DNA of 51,140 nucleotides, from assembly GCA_964571975.1 (NCBI GenBank), contig CAZNEJ010000001.1, forward strand, positions 29,639-80,778, read 5' to 3'. The DNA comes from an uncultured Sulfurovum sp. (GTDB taxonomy: Bacteria > Campylobacterota > Campylobacteria > Campylobacterales > Sulfurovaceae). Both the position numbers and the translations under genes were made by a program. The notes under the pieces were generated by a model. It did no database searches and was not told the DNA's origin. It saw only the letters and a program-made list of their open reading frames with translations. How positions within the stretch are numbered: the first letter of the stretch is position 1; the number at the start of each line of letters is the position of its first letter. Below, one piece after another: positions 28,725 through 38,360 of the stretch.

Positions 28725-28868
28725 TCAATACCCAGACATCTCACCCTCTAGGTATATCATAGATACTTTCAAAGCTTCCAATACTGTCGTGTCGGTTTCC
28801 TTTAGCTTGTCTGTGCATAAAAGGTGTAGTTTTTCGAGATAAAATGCGAGAAGTTCTTCTTTTTCCAT
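28725..28868 (-). CDS. Small hypothetical protein, 47 aa (below the ORF-track cutoff)
   Basis: MEKEELLAFYLEKLHLLCTDKLKETDTTVLEALKVSMIYLEGEMSGY*; AAGGA RBS 6 nt upstream; TATACT -10-like box upstream. Confidence 0.6.
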   Translation of the reverse strand: MEKEELLAFYLEKLHLLCTDKLKETDTTVLEALKVSMIYLEGEMSGY

Positions 28869-28946
28869 TGGGTTTCCTTTTTATTATTTGTTATTTTTAA
28901 AGTATACACTTTTTTTATAAATCTTGTTTTGGCTATAATATGCTAA

Positions 28947-28991
28947 AGGAAACCTCCAATTATAGGTGTTGCCTATTATGGGGGATTTCCT
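28947..28991 (+). promoter_or_regulatory. Long 5'-leader hairpin of DUF234 paralog 2, starting at the predicted TSS
   Basis: Stems AGGAAA/TTTCCT, CCTCC/GGGGG and ATAGGT/GCCTAT; TATAAT at 28934-28939. Confidence 0.55.
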
Positions 28992-29014
28992 AAAACAACC
29001 AAGGTATCTTTATT

Positions 29015-29953
29015 ATGTCTGAATACTCAAAAAAACACCCCACACTTTTAGAGCAGTTTCGTTCTTTTTGCTTTCAGAACAAAGCTGCAGACTTGGAACT
29101 GGCAGTAGCATATTTTTCTGTATTTGGTGGTACTGGATGGTCTGTGGATATGACTGTATCCCTAGATGACCTTATAGAAGAAAAAGTACTAAAAAACTAT
29201 AGGTACATACACGGGGATATTACAAAGATAACACATTCTAAGCCTAGTTATCATGCGATGCTTACTGCTATAGCAACGGGAGATAGGCGTGAGCATTCAG
29301 CTTTCAAAAAGATAAATATAGGCAGAGAAGAGGGTGAAGAACTGATAGATTTTCTCATAAAAGACGGCTTTCTTGTATTTGATAAATCTGTAGAAAAACC
29401 CTTAGATGAAAAAGATGGTATTTCAGATAAACTTTTGTTTGTAACACCTTTTATGCGTTTTTGGTTTTCCTCTATATCTCCTTATTATAAGGGAATTAAA
29501 GAGGGTGATTATGGTGAGATGAAGGAGCATTGGCTACATGCAAAAGCATCATTTTTAGATTTGGTATATAAGCAGCTTGTCATCGAACTCATCAAGAGTG
29601 CATTGAGAGAAGAGTTTGAAGGTGACCCCATAGTGAGTGCAGGGTCGTATTATGATAAAAATGTAGGGATAGATATATTGCTAAAAAGAAAGTCAGGCAA
29701 GCTAGTTGCAGGCACATGTAAACTTTCAAAAGCAAAAGCTAAAAAATCTGAACTTACAAAACTTAAAGAGAATTGCGAAAAAGCCCAACTAGATGTAGAA
29801 ACTTTTGTTATTTTTTCCAAAAATAAATTCTCATCCGAATTCAAAAAAGAAAAAGACAAAAATGTCATACTCTTTTCATTGAGACATTTGACGGGGCTCG
29901 TAGGAGAACTTAGTAGCAAAGATATTATTGAGTATACAAATAAAAAGTATTAG
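29015..29953 (+). CDS. DUF234-domain protein, paralog 2
   Basis: YFSVFGG, PFMRFWF, GSYYD...IDIL...GTCKL, FSKNKFS; collinear with 11273-12154. Confidence 0.8.
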   Translation: MSEYSKKHPTLLEQFRSFCFQNKAADLELAVAYFSVFGGTGWSVDMTVSLDDLIEEKVLKNYRYIHGDITKITHSKPSYHAMLTAIATGDRREHSAFKKINIGREEGEELIDFLIKDGFLVFDKSVEKPLDEKDGISDKLLFVTPFMRFWFSSISPYYKGIKEGDYGEMKEHWLHAKASFLDLVYKQLVIELIKSALREEFEGDPIVSAGSYYDKNVGIDILLKRKSGKLVAGTCKLSKAKAKKSELTKLKENCEKAQLDVETFVIFSKNKFSSEFKKEKDKNVILFSLRHLTGLVGELSSKDIIEYTNKKY

Positions 29954-31047
29954 CCTCTGATATTTAAAAAGTTCTTCGTACTGATGTCGTCAAAAGGTTT
30001 GTTGAGTTTGACAAAGGCTTCATAGCTCTCTAAGGCACGTTTAAAATCACTACTCTTAGTACTTTCATCTGCTAAGACCTCTGCTAGAGCAACTTTAGCC
30101 GCAGTCATCATATCTTTTGGAAATGTTTTTATTTGCACATTGGAGGGTAAGTTCTGTAGTGCTTTTGCATTTTTATACCTAAACTCTTGAAGCATATTGG
30201 ATGTCATCTCTTCTGACGCTGTAGTGATGATGGCTTTATGTGTATCACTAAGATTTTCCCAGCGTGTTTTGTTAAATGTGATTTCTAAGATGCTCCCTGG
30301 TTCATGCCAGCCAGTATAGTAGTAGTCCGCAGCTTTGGCAAATCCCATCATGCTATCTAGGGCAGGGCCTACCCATTCTGTGGCGTCTATAGTACCACGT
30401 TCTAAAGAAGTGTATATCTCTCCAGCAGGAAGCAGTACTGGGTTTACGCCTAGTTTTTTCATCACCTCTCCACCTAGACCAGGTATACGCATCTTAAGAC
30501 CTTTAAGGTCAGCTAGTGAGTCTATAGGTTTTTTAAACCATCCGCCCATCTGTGGTCCAGTTGTCCCTCCTATAATAGGGTAGAGATTGAACTTTCCGTA
30601 CATCTCACGCCAAAGCTCGTAACCACCCCCAAATTTCATCCATGTAATCATCTCTTCTGATGTAAGCCCTAGTGGCATGCCACCAAAGATGCTAAAAGCC
30701 GAGTTTTTCCCTTTCCAGTAGTACACGCCAGAGTGAAAAGCATCTATATTGCCAGCAGATGTGGCATCAAATACTTGTAGAGCTGGCACTAAGATATTTT
30801 TAGGATAAACTTTTATCTCCAAAGAGCCTTCGCTTAGTTCGGAACAACGCTTAGCAAAAGCATCAACACCAGTACCCATGATGGGAAAATGTGCAGGCCA
30901 TGAAGTAGCAAGCTTTAGAGTTACTTTTTTCTTGCCAGAGCTGTTTACCGTGCTGTCTTTACTCTTTTTATCTGCTCTATGACAAGCATTTAAAGCTAAA
31001 GCTGTAGCTCCTAAGGCTGTAGTGGTGATGAAGTTTCTACGTTTCAT
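29950..31047 (-). CDS. dctP: TRAP transporter substrate-binding protein (DctP/TakP type, Tat lipoprotein)
   Basis: KRRNF Tat signal, LNAC lipobox, QMGGWFKK, LKMRIPGLGG, SLERGTIDATEW.GP, GWHEPG. Confidence 0.9.
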   Translation of the reverse strand: MKRRNFITTTALGATALALNACHRADKKSKDSTVNSSGKKKVTLKLATSWPAHFPIMGTGVDAFAKRCSELSEGSLEIKVYPKNILVPALQVFDATSAGNIDAFHSGVYYWKGKNSAFSIFGGMPLGLTSEEMITWMKFGGGYELWREMYGKFNLYPIIGGTTGPQMGGWFKKPIDSLADLKGLKMRIPGLGGEVMKKLGVNPVLLPAGEIYTSLERGTIDATEWVGPALDSMMGFAKAADYYYTGWHEPGSILEITFNKTRWENLSDTHKAIITTASEEMTSNMLQEFRYKNAKALQNLPSNVQIKTFPKDMMTAAKVALAEVLADESTKSSDFKRALESYEAFVKLNKPFDDISTKNFLNIRG

Positions 31048-31111
31048 AAATATCCCCTTTATACTTTTGACAGTATAGCAAAATGAAGATAATTTTATGA
31101 GATATTTTACA

Positions 31112-31444
31112 TTAACAATTAGGAAAAGTCATTGTATCTTTTGCGTATTCTTTTGCAAAAAAGTAGAGTGGTTTCAACCATTCATCTTTTAATACAACCG
31201 TACTTTTTGGACACATTTCCAATATGTTCTCTTTGAATACACCAGTAGACTGAATAGTATCCCATTCTTCTTTTGTATGTTTATTCGCCCAATGTGATGC
31301 TGTGTATCCACATTGTTTTTGAAGCTTATGTTTAAATATCTTTTGTCCAAAATTTATCATTTTTTTATCTAGGTTAATCGTTTCAGCATTCAAAGTGCTA
31401 AATAATGTAGCTATCAGTGCGTATAGTATTATTCCATTTTTCAT
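31112..31444 (-). CDS. Small secreted protein with three Cys and no CXXCH motif
   Basis: Signal peptide; GQKIF...CG...HT.EEW...CP...EYA..P.C pattern; AAGGA RBS. Confidence 0.7.
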   Translation of the reverse strand: MKNGIILYALIATLFSTLNAETINLDKKMINFGQKIFKHKLQKQCGYTASHWANKHTKEEWDTIQSTGVFKENILEMCPKSTVVLKDEWLKPLYFFAKEYAKDTMTFPNC

Positions 31445-31752
31445 TTTTAAGTTCCTTTTATTTGTTATGATGGGTGGAGTATATTATATGATGATGAAGT
31501 TTTTATGAAGAAATAATAACAAGAACCTATAAATTGTTTTGCAAATCTAAAAAGGCAATAATGACTCACTTTTCATGCTCTACCCATTTCTATACTATAA
31601 AGAGTTTCAAGCATTTGTAAAAATGAGATAGTTAAAAACAATGCAATAAATATTTTAAAGTGCCAACTTTTATCTTTTTGGAGTATTTTTTGAGATAAAA
31701 TTATGCTACTAAATACATGCTTTTAGCAGACATCAATAAAACAGGAGTCTAA

Positions 31753-32391
31753 GTGAACTGTCACATTTGCAAACAAAATACAGAGTTATTTAGTCACAAT
31801 AAAACAAATATCACTTACTATCACTGTAAACCTTGTGAATATATTTTTAAATCTCCTCATTGCTATCAAGACCTGATGGAACAAAAAGAACGTTATGATT
31901 TGCATGAAAACAATGAAAATGATGCAGGATACAAGGCATATTTCCAACGTTTTATAGACTTTATATCACCTCTGCCATCAGAGCTAAGCACGGCACTTGA
32001 TTTTGGTTGTGGTCGTACATCACTCTTGTCTTCAATGCTTGAAGAAAAAGGTATTATATGTGACTACTATGACCCCATATATCATCCACATACACTTAGC
32101 AACAATAAAAAATATGAACTCATTGTCTCAACTGAAGTTTTTGAACACTTACATCAGCCAAAAGTTGTATTTGAAAGCTTGTTGGAACGGCTAAAAAAAG
32201 GTGGATACCTAGCGATACAGACACAGTTTCATGCCAATGATATGGAGATTTTTAAAAAATGGTATTACCATCAAGACCCTACACATGTTGTATTTTTTAG
32301 GGCAAAAACTTTTAAGATATTGTGTGAAAATAATGCCTGTAAATTCATAAGAGACAATGGAGAAAATATGTTATTGATACAAAAAATATAG
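31753..32391 (+). CDS. Class I SAM-dependent methyltransferase with N-terminal Zn ribbon
   Basis: CHIC...CKPC, LDFGCG, STEVFEHL, WYY..DPTHV.FF. GTG start with AGGAG RBS. Confidence 0.88.
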   Translation: MNCHICKQNTELFSHNKTNITYYHCKPCEYIFKSPHCYQDLMEQKERYDLHENNENDAGYKAYFQRFIDFISPLPSELSTALDFGCGRTSLLSSMLEEKGIICDYYDPIYHPHTLSNNKKYELIVSTEVFEHLHQPKVVFESLLERLKKGGYLAIQTQFHANDMEIFKKWYYHQDPTHVVFFRAKTFKILCENNACKFIRDNGENMLLIQKI

Positions 32392-32512
32392 CTCACCATC
32401 TAGCATCATAAGAACATTCCTCTCGTACTTGGACGAGCTAGAGGGTATAGCGTGCTGAGGCTGGACACCTACTTGGACTTTAACAGGCTAAGCAAAAGAG
32501 AGACTCTCATAA

Positions 32513-32541
32513 TAGGGTTTTAACCCTAAGCTAGCTATAAT
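32513..32541 (+). promoter_or_regulatory. mrp promoter: TATAAT (32536-32541) preceded by inverted repeat TAGGGTT-TT-AACCCTA
   Basis: Both elements read directly, 30 nt upstream of mrpA. Confidence 0.5.
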
Positions 32542-32571
32542 ACGCCCAAAATCTAAAGGGCAGTCAATTTT

Positions 32572-35391
32572 ATGACATTAGAAACCATAGGCTTACCTCT
32601 CATCGTATTTCTTCCATTTATAGGGGCTCTTTTAGTTTTTATGACAGCAAAAGTGCATCGTTTGGCTCCTGCATGGGTTGCTGGGGCGATTACTCTTCTT
32701 GCTATCTCAATGCTTTCTTTGTTGAGTTATATCCCTTTTTCTGGAGAAAGTCTTGTTCAGTCTTGGACATGGATAGAGGCTATTGGTCTCAATTTATCTT
32801 TTAGAATAGATGGTCTTAGTATGCTTTTTGGCTTCATCATACTAGGCATTGGAATACTCATCATTTTTTATGCAAGATACTACCTTTCACCACAAGACAG
32901 TATGGCTAGATTTTATACCTATATGCTTCTTTTTATGGGTTCGATGCTTGGCATTGTTATGTCTGAAAATATACTTTTACTCATACTTTTTTGGGAGCTT
33001 ACTTCACTTAGTTCCTTTCTACTTATCTCTTTTTGGCAGTACAAAAAAGCAGGTAGAGATGGGGCTATGATGGCATTGGTCATCACAGGAGCTGGAGGCT
33101 TGGCACTTTTTGCTAGCATGCTCATCTTAGGTTCAGTAGTAGGCTCTTATGAGTTATCGGTTGTACTTGAGAGTAGAGACATCATCGTGGCTAGTCCATA
33201 TTTTACAGTGATATTTGCACTTTTTTTTATAGGGGTCATCACAAAATCAGCCCAGTTTCCATTTCACTTTTGGTTACCACATGCCATGGCAGCACCTACA
33301 CCAGTTTCAGCCTATTTACATTCTGCAACGATGGTCAAGGCAGGTATTTTTCTTCTAGCTAGATTTTACCCCGTTTACGGTGGCACGGACGAATGGATAA
33401 CCTTAGTTACAGCGGCAGGTTTGATTACTTTGCTTCTTGGGGCATTTGTAGCATTTTTCAAGCAAGACCTCAAGGGACTCATGGCGTATTCTACTGTGAG
33501 TCATTTGGGTTTGATTACTTTTTTGTTTGGTTTATCTACTCCCTTATCTGTGCTTGCGGCTATTTTTCACATCATTAACCATGCAGTATTTAAGGCGGCT
33601 TCCTTTATGCTAGTAGGTATCATAGACCATCAAACAGGTACGAGAGACACACAAAGACTTGGAGGACTGCTTAAGTTTATGCCCTACACGGCCACTTTTG
33701 CGATGGTAGCTGCTGCCTCCATGGCAGGGCTTCCTCCTCTGAATGGCTTCTTAAGTAAAGAGATGCTTTTTGAGAGAGCCATCATAGATGGTTTTGTATT
33801 TGTGCTACCAGTACTAGCTACTATAGCAGGCATATTTTCTGTTGCTTATTCTATACGATTTATAGCAGATGTCTTTTTTGGAAAAGCTAACAATATGCCT
33901 ATAGTCAATCCAAGAGAACCATATTATCTTATGAAACTACCTATAGTACTTTTGGTTCTTGCTTGTATCGCCATTGGTATTGCTCCTATGATGCTTGTCT
34001 CGGACATACTTTTTACAGCAGTTGCTAGTACGCTAGCAACTGCTGTTCCAGAAGTGCATATAGCCTTATGGCATGGGTTTAACTTGCCACTTCTCATGAG
34101 CTTCATTGCCGTGGCTATGGGTATTTTACTTTATGTAAACAAGAAGAGTGCTGACAAGCTTTATGATAAGTATCTGTCACGTATAGATGCAAGAAAGCCG
34201 TACAATTGGGTTTTATCTAGTGTTTTTACGGTGGCAAATTCTGTACACGCCTATTTGCATCATGGAAAAATATATAATTCTATCTATCTTTTGATAGCAC
34301 TTTCTTTGTTGGCAGGTTTAGCTGGGTTCAATTATACGGATGCTTCTCTTTTTGGAACAAGGGAATTTTTGCCCATGGACTTGATAAGCCTTACTATCGT
34401 ATCGCTTGCTATACTGTCTATAGGAGCTGTTGTTTACTACCATTATGATAGATTTGTTTCTTTAATCGTAGTTGGCACTGCTGGACTGATCATGGCACTT
34501 ATCTTTATAAAATTTTCCGCACCCGACCTAGCACTTACGCAGCTTTCTGTGGAGATTGTGACCATTATCCTTATGCTTTTGGCACTTTACTATCTTCCGC
34601 AGTTTACACCAAAAGAGTCATCAAAGAAAAAGCTAAGTGCAGATGTCATACTTTCTGTTTTGGGTGGTATGGGTGCATTTGTGCTAACACTCTCTGTTTT
34701 GAGTCGTGAGTTTTCCCCCATATCTGACTTTTTTATAGCAAATGCTAAAACAGGTGGTGGTGGTACAAATGTTGTCAATGTGATATTGGTTGACTTTAGA
34801 GGGATTGATACGCTAGGTGAGATTATCGTTCTTGGCATGGCTGGGTTAGGTATATTTGCCATGATACAGGGCTTAAAACTTAATGCTCCTAGTAAGGATT
34901 CAAATAGTATAAAATATTCGCAAGATGCACATCCACTCATCATGAAGACACTTATTTCTGTATTTTTCCCTGTGATGCTTATGGTGGCATTTTATATCTT
35001 TCTTAGAGGACACAATCTACCTGGCGGTGGCTTCATAGCAGGACTTGTTGCGGCCGTTGCACTCATCGTGCAGTATTTGACCTCTGGCATAGAATGGTCA
35101 AGTAAAAGATTGGGCTTCAATAAGCACGCACTCATTGGCACAGGTGTCATCATAGCCACAGTTACAGGGCTTGGTTCTATGGTGATTGGTTATCCATTTT
35201 TAACCTCTACATTTACTTATGTAGATTGGCCTATTGTTGGAAAGTTTGAGATCGCTTCTGCTTTATTTTTTGACCTAGGTGTCTTTTTAGTGGTACTTGG
35301 GGCTAGTGCTATGATACTTGTAAATCTAGGAAAATTATCTGCCATTTCTCATGATTCTGATACAAATAAAAAACAAGATGAGGGGAGTTAA
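32572..35391 (+). CDS. mrpA: Monovalent cation/H+ antiporter subunit A, fused MrpA-MrpB (PhaAB type)
   Basis: FWELTS, TKSAQFPFHFWLPHAMAAPTPVSAYLHSATMVKAG, APDLALTQ, NVVNVILVDFRG.DTLGE, and MrpB-type RGHNLPGGGF. Confidence 0.95.
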   Translation: MTLETIGLPLIVFLPFIGALLVFMTAKVHRLAPAWVAGAITLLAISMLSLLSYIPFSGESLVQSWTWIEAIGLNLSFRIDGLSMLFGFIILGIGILIIFYARYYLSPQDSMARFYTYMLLFMGSMLGIVMSENILLLILFWELTSLSSFLLISFWQYKKAGRDGAMMALVITGAGGLALFASMLILGSVVGSYELSVVLESRDIIVASPYFTVIFALFFIGVITKSAQFPFHFWLPHAMAAPTPVSAYLHSATMVKAGIFLLARFYPVYGGTDEWITLVTAAGLITLLLGAFVAFFKQDLKGLMAYSTVSHLGLITFLFGLSTPLSVLAAIFHIINHAVFKAASFMLVGIIDHQTGTRDTQRLGGLLKFMPYTATFAMVAAASMAGLPPLNGFLSKEMLFERAIIDGFVFVLPVLATIAGIFSVAYSIRFIADVFFGKANNMPIVNPREPYYLMKLPIVLLVLACIAIGIAPMMLVSDILFTAVASTLATAVPEVHIALWHGFNLPLLMSFIAVAMGILLYVNKKSADKLYDKYLSRIDARKPYNWVLSSVFTVANSVHAYLHHGKIYNSIYLLIALSLLAGLAGFNYTDASLFGTREFLPMDLISLTIVSLAILSIGAVVYYHYDRFVSLIVVGTAGLIMALIFIKFSAPDLALTQLSVEIVTIILMLLALYYLPQFTPKESSKKKLSADVILSVLGGMGAFVLTLSVLSREFSPISDFFIANAKTGGGGTNVVNVILVDFRGIDTLGEIIVLGMAGLGIFAMIQGLKLNAPSKDSNSIKYSQDAHPLIMKTLISVFFPVMLMVAFYIFLRGHNLPGGGFIAGLVAAVALIVQYLTSGIEWSSKRLGFNKHALIGTGVIIATVTGLGSMVIGYPFLTSTFTYVDWPIVGKFEIASALFFDLGVFLVVLGASAMILVNLGKLSAISHDSDTNKKQDEGS

Positions 35392-35392
35392 T

Positions 35393-35761
35393 ATGGAAAT
35401 TCTATTGGCACTTATCGTTGCATCATTTACTGCAGGAGGTATATTTTTACTTCTAAAAGCACACACTTTTCCCGTGGTATTAGGTACCATTTTGTTAGCC
35501 TATGCAGCAAACTTGTACTTATTTGCTATGGGGCGTTTACATATAAACCAAGCACCTATACTCGCTGAAGGTACGACTAGCTACGCAGACCCTTTACCTC
35601 AAGCCTTAGTGCTTACAGCCATTGTGATCAGCTTTGGTATGACGGCATTTCTTATAGTGCTTTCACTACGTGCAAGGTATGAAATGGGCAATGACAATAT
35701 AGACGGCATAGAAAAAGATATCAAAACAAATACAGAAGTAGACACAAAGGAAGTGAAATGA
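35393..35761 (+). CDS. mrpC: Na+/H+ antiporter subunit C
   Basis: DPLPQALVLTAIVISFG. Start at ATG 35393 after GGAG. Confidence 0.93.
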   Translation: MEILLALIVASFTAGGIFLLLKAHTFPVVLGTILLAYAANLYLFAMGRLHINQAPILAEGTTSYADPLPQALVLTAIVISFGMTAFLIVLSLRARYEMGNDNIDGIEKDIKTNTEVDTKEVK

Positions 35762-37269
35762 ATCATATAATTATGCTTCCTATACTTATACCTATGCTAG
35801 GAGCTATGATTGTCCTTTTGTCTAAATCGTTGTCCTATAAGACACAAAGAAGTCTCTCTCTTGTCTTTATGGTTTTACTTGTGGTTGCAAGTATATTTTC
35901 TTTATCTAGCATCTTGGATGAAGGCGATTTTGTATATCAGATGGGAAATTGGCAGGCACCATTTGGTATCACCTTTGTACTAGATAAGCTCTCCGTCACG
36001 CTTGTGCTACTCACATCTCTTCTTGCATTTGGAGCTCTATGGTATGCAGTTAAATCAGACTCTGACAAGATGGGAGAAAACTTTCATACACTTTTTCACC
36101 TACAGGTTTTTGGTCTCAATGGTGCATTTTTGACAGGTGATTTGTTTAATCTTTTTGTCTTTTTTGAGATACTTCTACTCGCATCTTACGCATTACTGTT
36201 ACATGGACACGGTAAAAGGCGTGCAAGATTTGGCATGCACTACATGGTCATAAATCTTGTGGGTTCAACTATCTTTTTGTTTGCCATCGGGACTCTATAT
36301 GGCATACTAGGCACACTAAATATCGCTGATTTAGCTTTTAAAATCTCTACACTTCCTGCTGAAAACACTGCTGTTGTAGCCACGGCAGGCTTGCTATTGC
36401 TTATTGTCTTTGGGTTAAAATCTGCCATGTTCCCACTTTATTTTTGGCTACCAGGAACGTACTCTTCTGCTTCTGCTCCAGTGGCTGCTCTTTTTGCCAT
36501 TATGACTAAAGTAGGTATCTATTCTATTATTCGGATACATGGTACATTGTTTGGAGAACTTGCAGGGGAACTTAGTTACTACTACACACCTTGGGTCTTA
36601 GGGCTAGGACTCTTTACTCTTGTGCTGGCAACGATTGGGGTTATGAGTAGCAAAGCACTCAAAGAACAAGTAGCCTATTTGGTACTAGCGTCAGTTTCCA
36701 TTTTACTTATAGCCATAGGTATCAACACTCCTGCTGCTATCTCTGGAGCTATGTATTACCTCATACATTCTACTATCATTGCTGGGGGTTTCTTCTTGCT
36801 TGCAGATGTTATTGGAAGACTTAGAGGAAACACGAGGGATATACTTGAAAGAACAGATAGGTTTAAGATGATGGTACTTTCGGGGTCTTTGTTTTTTGTC
36901 TATGCTATAGCTGCTGCAAGTATGCCACCATTTTCAGGCTTCTTAGGCAAGATGATGATACTTTCTGCTTCTTTGGCTTCCCCATGGGTTCTTGTCATAT
37001 TTGCTATTGTGCTAGTCACGGGATTGGGTATCATTATTTCCTTAACTAGGACAGGTACACTTCTTTTTTATCATACAAAAAATGAAGAAGAAGCCATAGA
37101 ATCTACTCTTGATGTGAGTATTTTTTATCCTATTATGTATTTGTTTGCCCTCTGTGTATTATTGATAGTCTTTGCAAACCCTATTAGTGGATTTACAGAA
37201 CAGGTATCGCTTATGATATTTGACAGTCAAGGCTATATATCTAAAGTCTTAGTAGAAGAGGGCAGATGA
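35758..37269 (+). CDS. mrpD: Monovalent cation/H+ antiporter subunit D
   Basis: GNWQAPFGI, FLTGDLFNLFVFFEILL.ASY, WLP..Y, TKVG.Y. Confidence 0.94.
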   Translation: MNHIIMLPILIPMLGAMIVLLSKSLSYKTQRSLSLVFMVLLVVASIFSLSSILDEGDFVYQMGNWQAPFGITFVLDKLSVTLVLLTSLLAFGALWYAVKSDSDKMGENFHTLFHLQVFGLNGAFLTGDLFNLFVFFEILLLASYALLLHGHGKRRARFGMHYMVINLVGSTIFLFAIGTLYGILGTLNIADLAFKISTLPAENTAVVATAGLLLLIVFGLKSAMFPLYFWLPGTYSSASAPVAALFAIMTKVGIYSIIRIHGTLFGELAGELSYYYTPWVLGLGLFTLVLATIGVMSSKALKEQVAYLVLASVSILLIAIGINTPAAISGAMYYLIHSTIIAGGFFLLADVIGRLRGNTRDILERTDRFKMMVLSGSLFFVYAIAAASMPPFSGFLGKMMILSASLASPWVLVIFAIVLVTGLGIIISLTRTGTLLFYHTKNEEEAIESTLDVSIFYPIMYLFALCVLLIVFANPISGFTEQVSLMIFDSQGYISKVLVEEGR

Positions 37270-37772
37270 TGAAAAAGAAAAAATTTGTTTTATTTCCGCA
37301 CCCTGTACTAAGTGTTATCTTGCTATTGACATGGCTTATGCTTAACAGTAGTATCTCTGCAGGACACATAGTCTTAGGGTCTATCCTGTCCATGTTTATA
37401 CCTTGGCTGACGCAAAGATTTTGGCCAGAACAGGTTTGTCTTGGAAGATGGAGTACTATCTTTAAATTCTCTGCTTTGGTAGGATATGATATTGTTATAT
37501 CTAACATCTTTGTGGCTAAATTAATTTTTGGAAAAAACTCTGACTTGAAGCCTTGTTTTTTAGAGATACCCATAGATATTAAGCATCCATTGGGATTGAG
37601 CATTTTGGCCAGTACTATATCATTGACCCCCGGTACTGTTTCTGTTGATTTAAATGAAAATAAAGACGTGCTTGTTGTCCATGCCTTGCATATAGAAGAT
37701 ACTACAGCTGAGATAGAAACGATTAAGAGCAGATACGAAAAACCACTTATGGAGATATTTAAAAAATGCTAG
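37266..37772 (+). CDS. mrpE: Na+/H+ antiporter subunit E
   Basis: LASTISLTPGT, LVVHAL, IK.RYE.PL.EIF. Confidence 0.93.
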   Translation: MMKKKKFVLFPHPVLSVILLLTWLMLNSSISAGHIVLGSILSMFIPWLTQRFWPEQVCLGRWSTIFKFSALVGYDIVISNIFVAKLIFGKNSDLKPCFLEIPIDIKHPLGLSILASTISLTPGTVSVDLNENKDVLVVHALHIEDTTAEIETIKSRYEKPLMEIFKKC

Positions 37773-38035
37773 AGATTACTATAATGATTGCGTTTACGTC
37801 TATAACGATTGCACTTGCCCTAAATTTTTATCGTATCATCGTGGGCCCTTCTGCTTTAGATAGGATACTGGCATTGGACACAGCATATATACATTCGATT
37901 GCACTGATAGTACTCATAGGTATCCATCTAAATAACCCACTATACTTTGAAGCAGCACTACTCATAGCACTGATGGGTTTTGTGGGTACAGTAGCACTTA
38001 GTAAATACATACTTCGTGGCGACATTATAGAATAA
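37766..38035 (+). CDS. mrpF: K+(Na+)/H+ antiporter subunit F
   Basis: GPS..DRILALDT, FEAALLIAL.GFVGTVA. Confidence 0.93.
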   Translation: MLEITIMIAFTSITIALALNFYRIIVGPSALDRILALDTAYIHSIALIVLIGIHLNNPLYFEAALLIALMGFVGTVALSKYILRGDIIE

Positions 38036-38046
38036 GGAAAAGTTTT

Positions 38047-38337
38047 ATGGATTTTTTAATTTCAATATTTTTATTGATAGGTTCGTTTTTTGTACTTGTA
38101 AGTTCCATAGGTCTGGTGAAGTTACCAGATTTTTTCATGAGACTTCATGGTCCTACTAAGGCTACTACACTTGGAGTTGGAGCTATGCTTATGGCTTCTA
38201 TGCTGTATTATTTTACCTATCATGATGCAGTGAGACTCAATGAGCTTTTGGTTATCATATTTTTATTTATGACTGCACCTGTGAGTGCGCATCTTATGTC
38301 AAAAGCCGCACTACACAAGATGAACACTGAAAAATAA
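38047..38337 (+). CDS. mrpG: Na+/H+ antiporter subunit G
   Basis: LPDFFMRLHGPTKATTLG, FMTAPVSAH. Confidence 0.93.
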   Translation: MDFLISIFLLIGSFFVLVSSIGLVKLPDFFMRLHGPTKATTLGVGAMLMASMLYYFTYHDAVRLNELLVIIFLFMTAPVSAHLMSKAALHKMNTEK

Positions 38338-38360
38338 AATAGATAAAAAGGCATGAAACT

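Noticed and set aside
31561-31620. 19-aa ORF MTHFSCSTHFYTIKSFKHL after AAAGG
   Set aside because: Too short, weak RBS, no recognisable features.
32378-32491. Reading frame ...LDELEGIAC-TGA-GWTPTW suggesting a Cys-Sec selenoprotein
   Set aside because: No start codon with an RBS before the region except a late TTG, an upstream in-frame TGA, and no recognisable SECIS hairpin.
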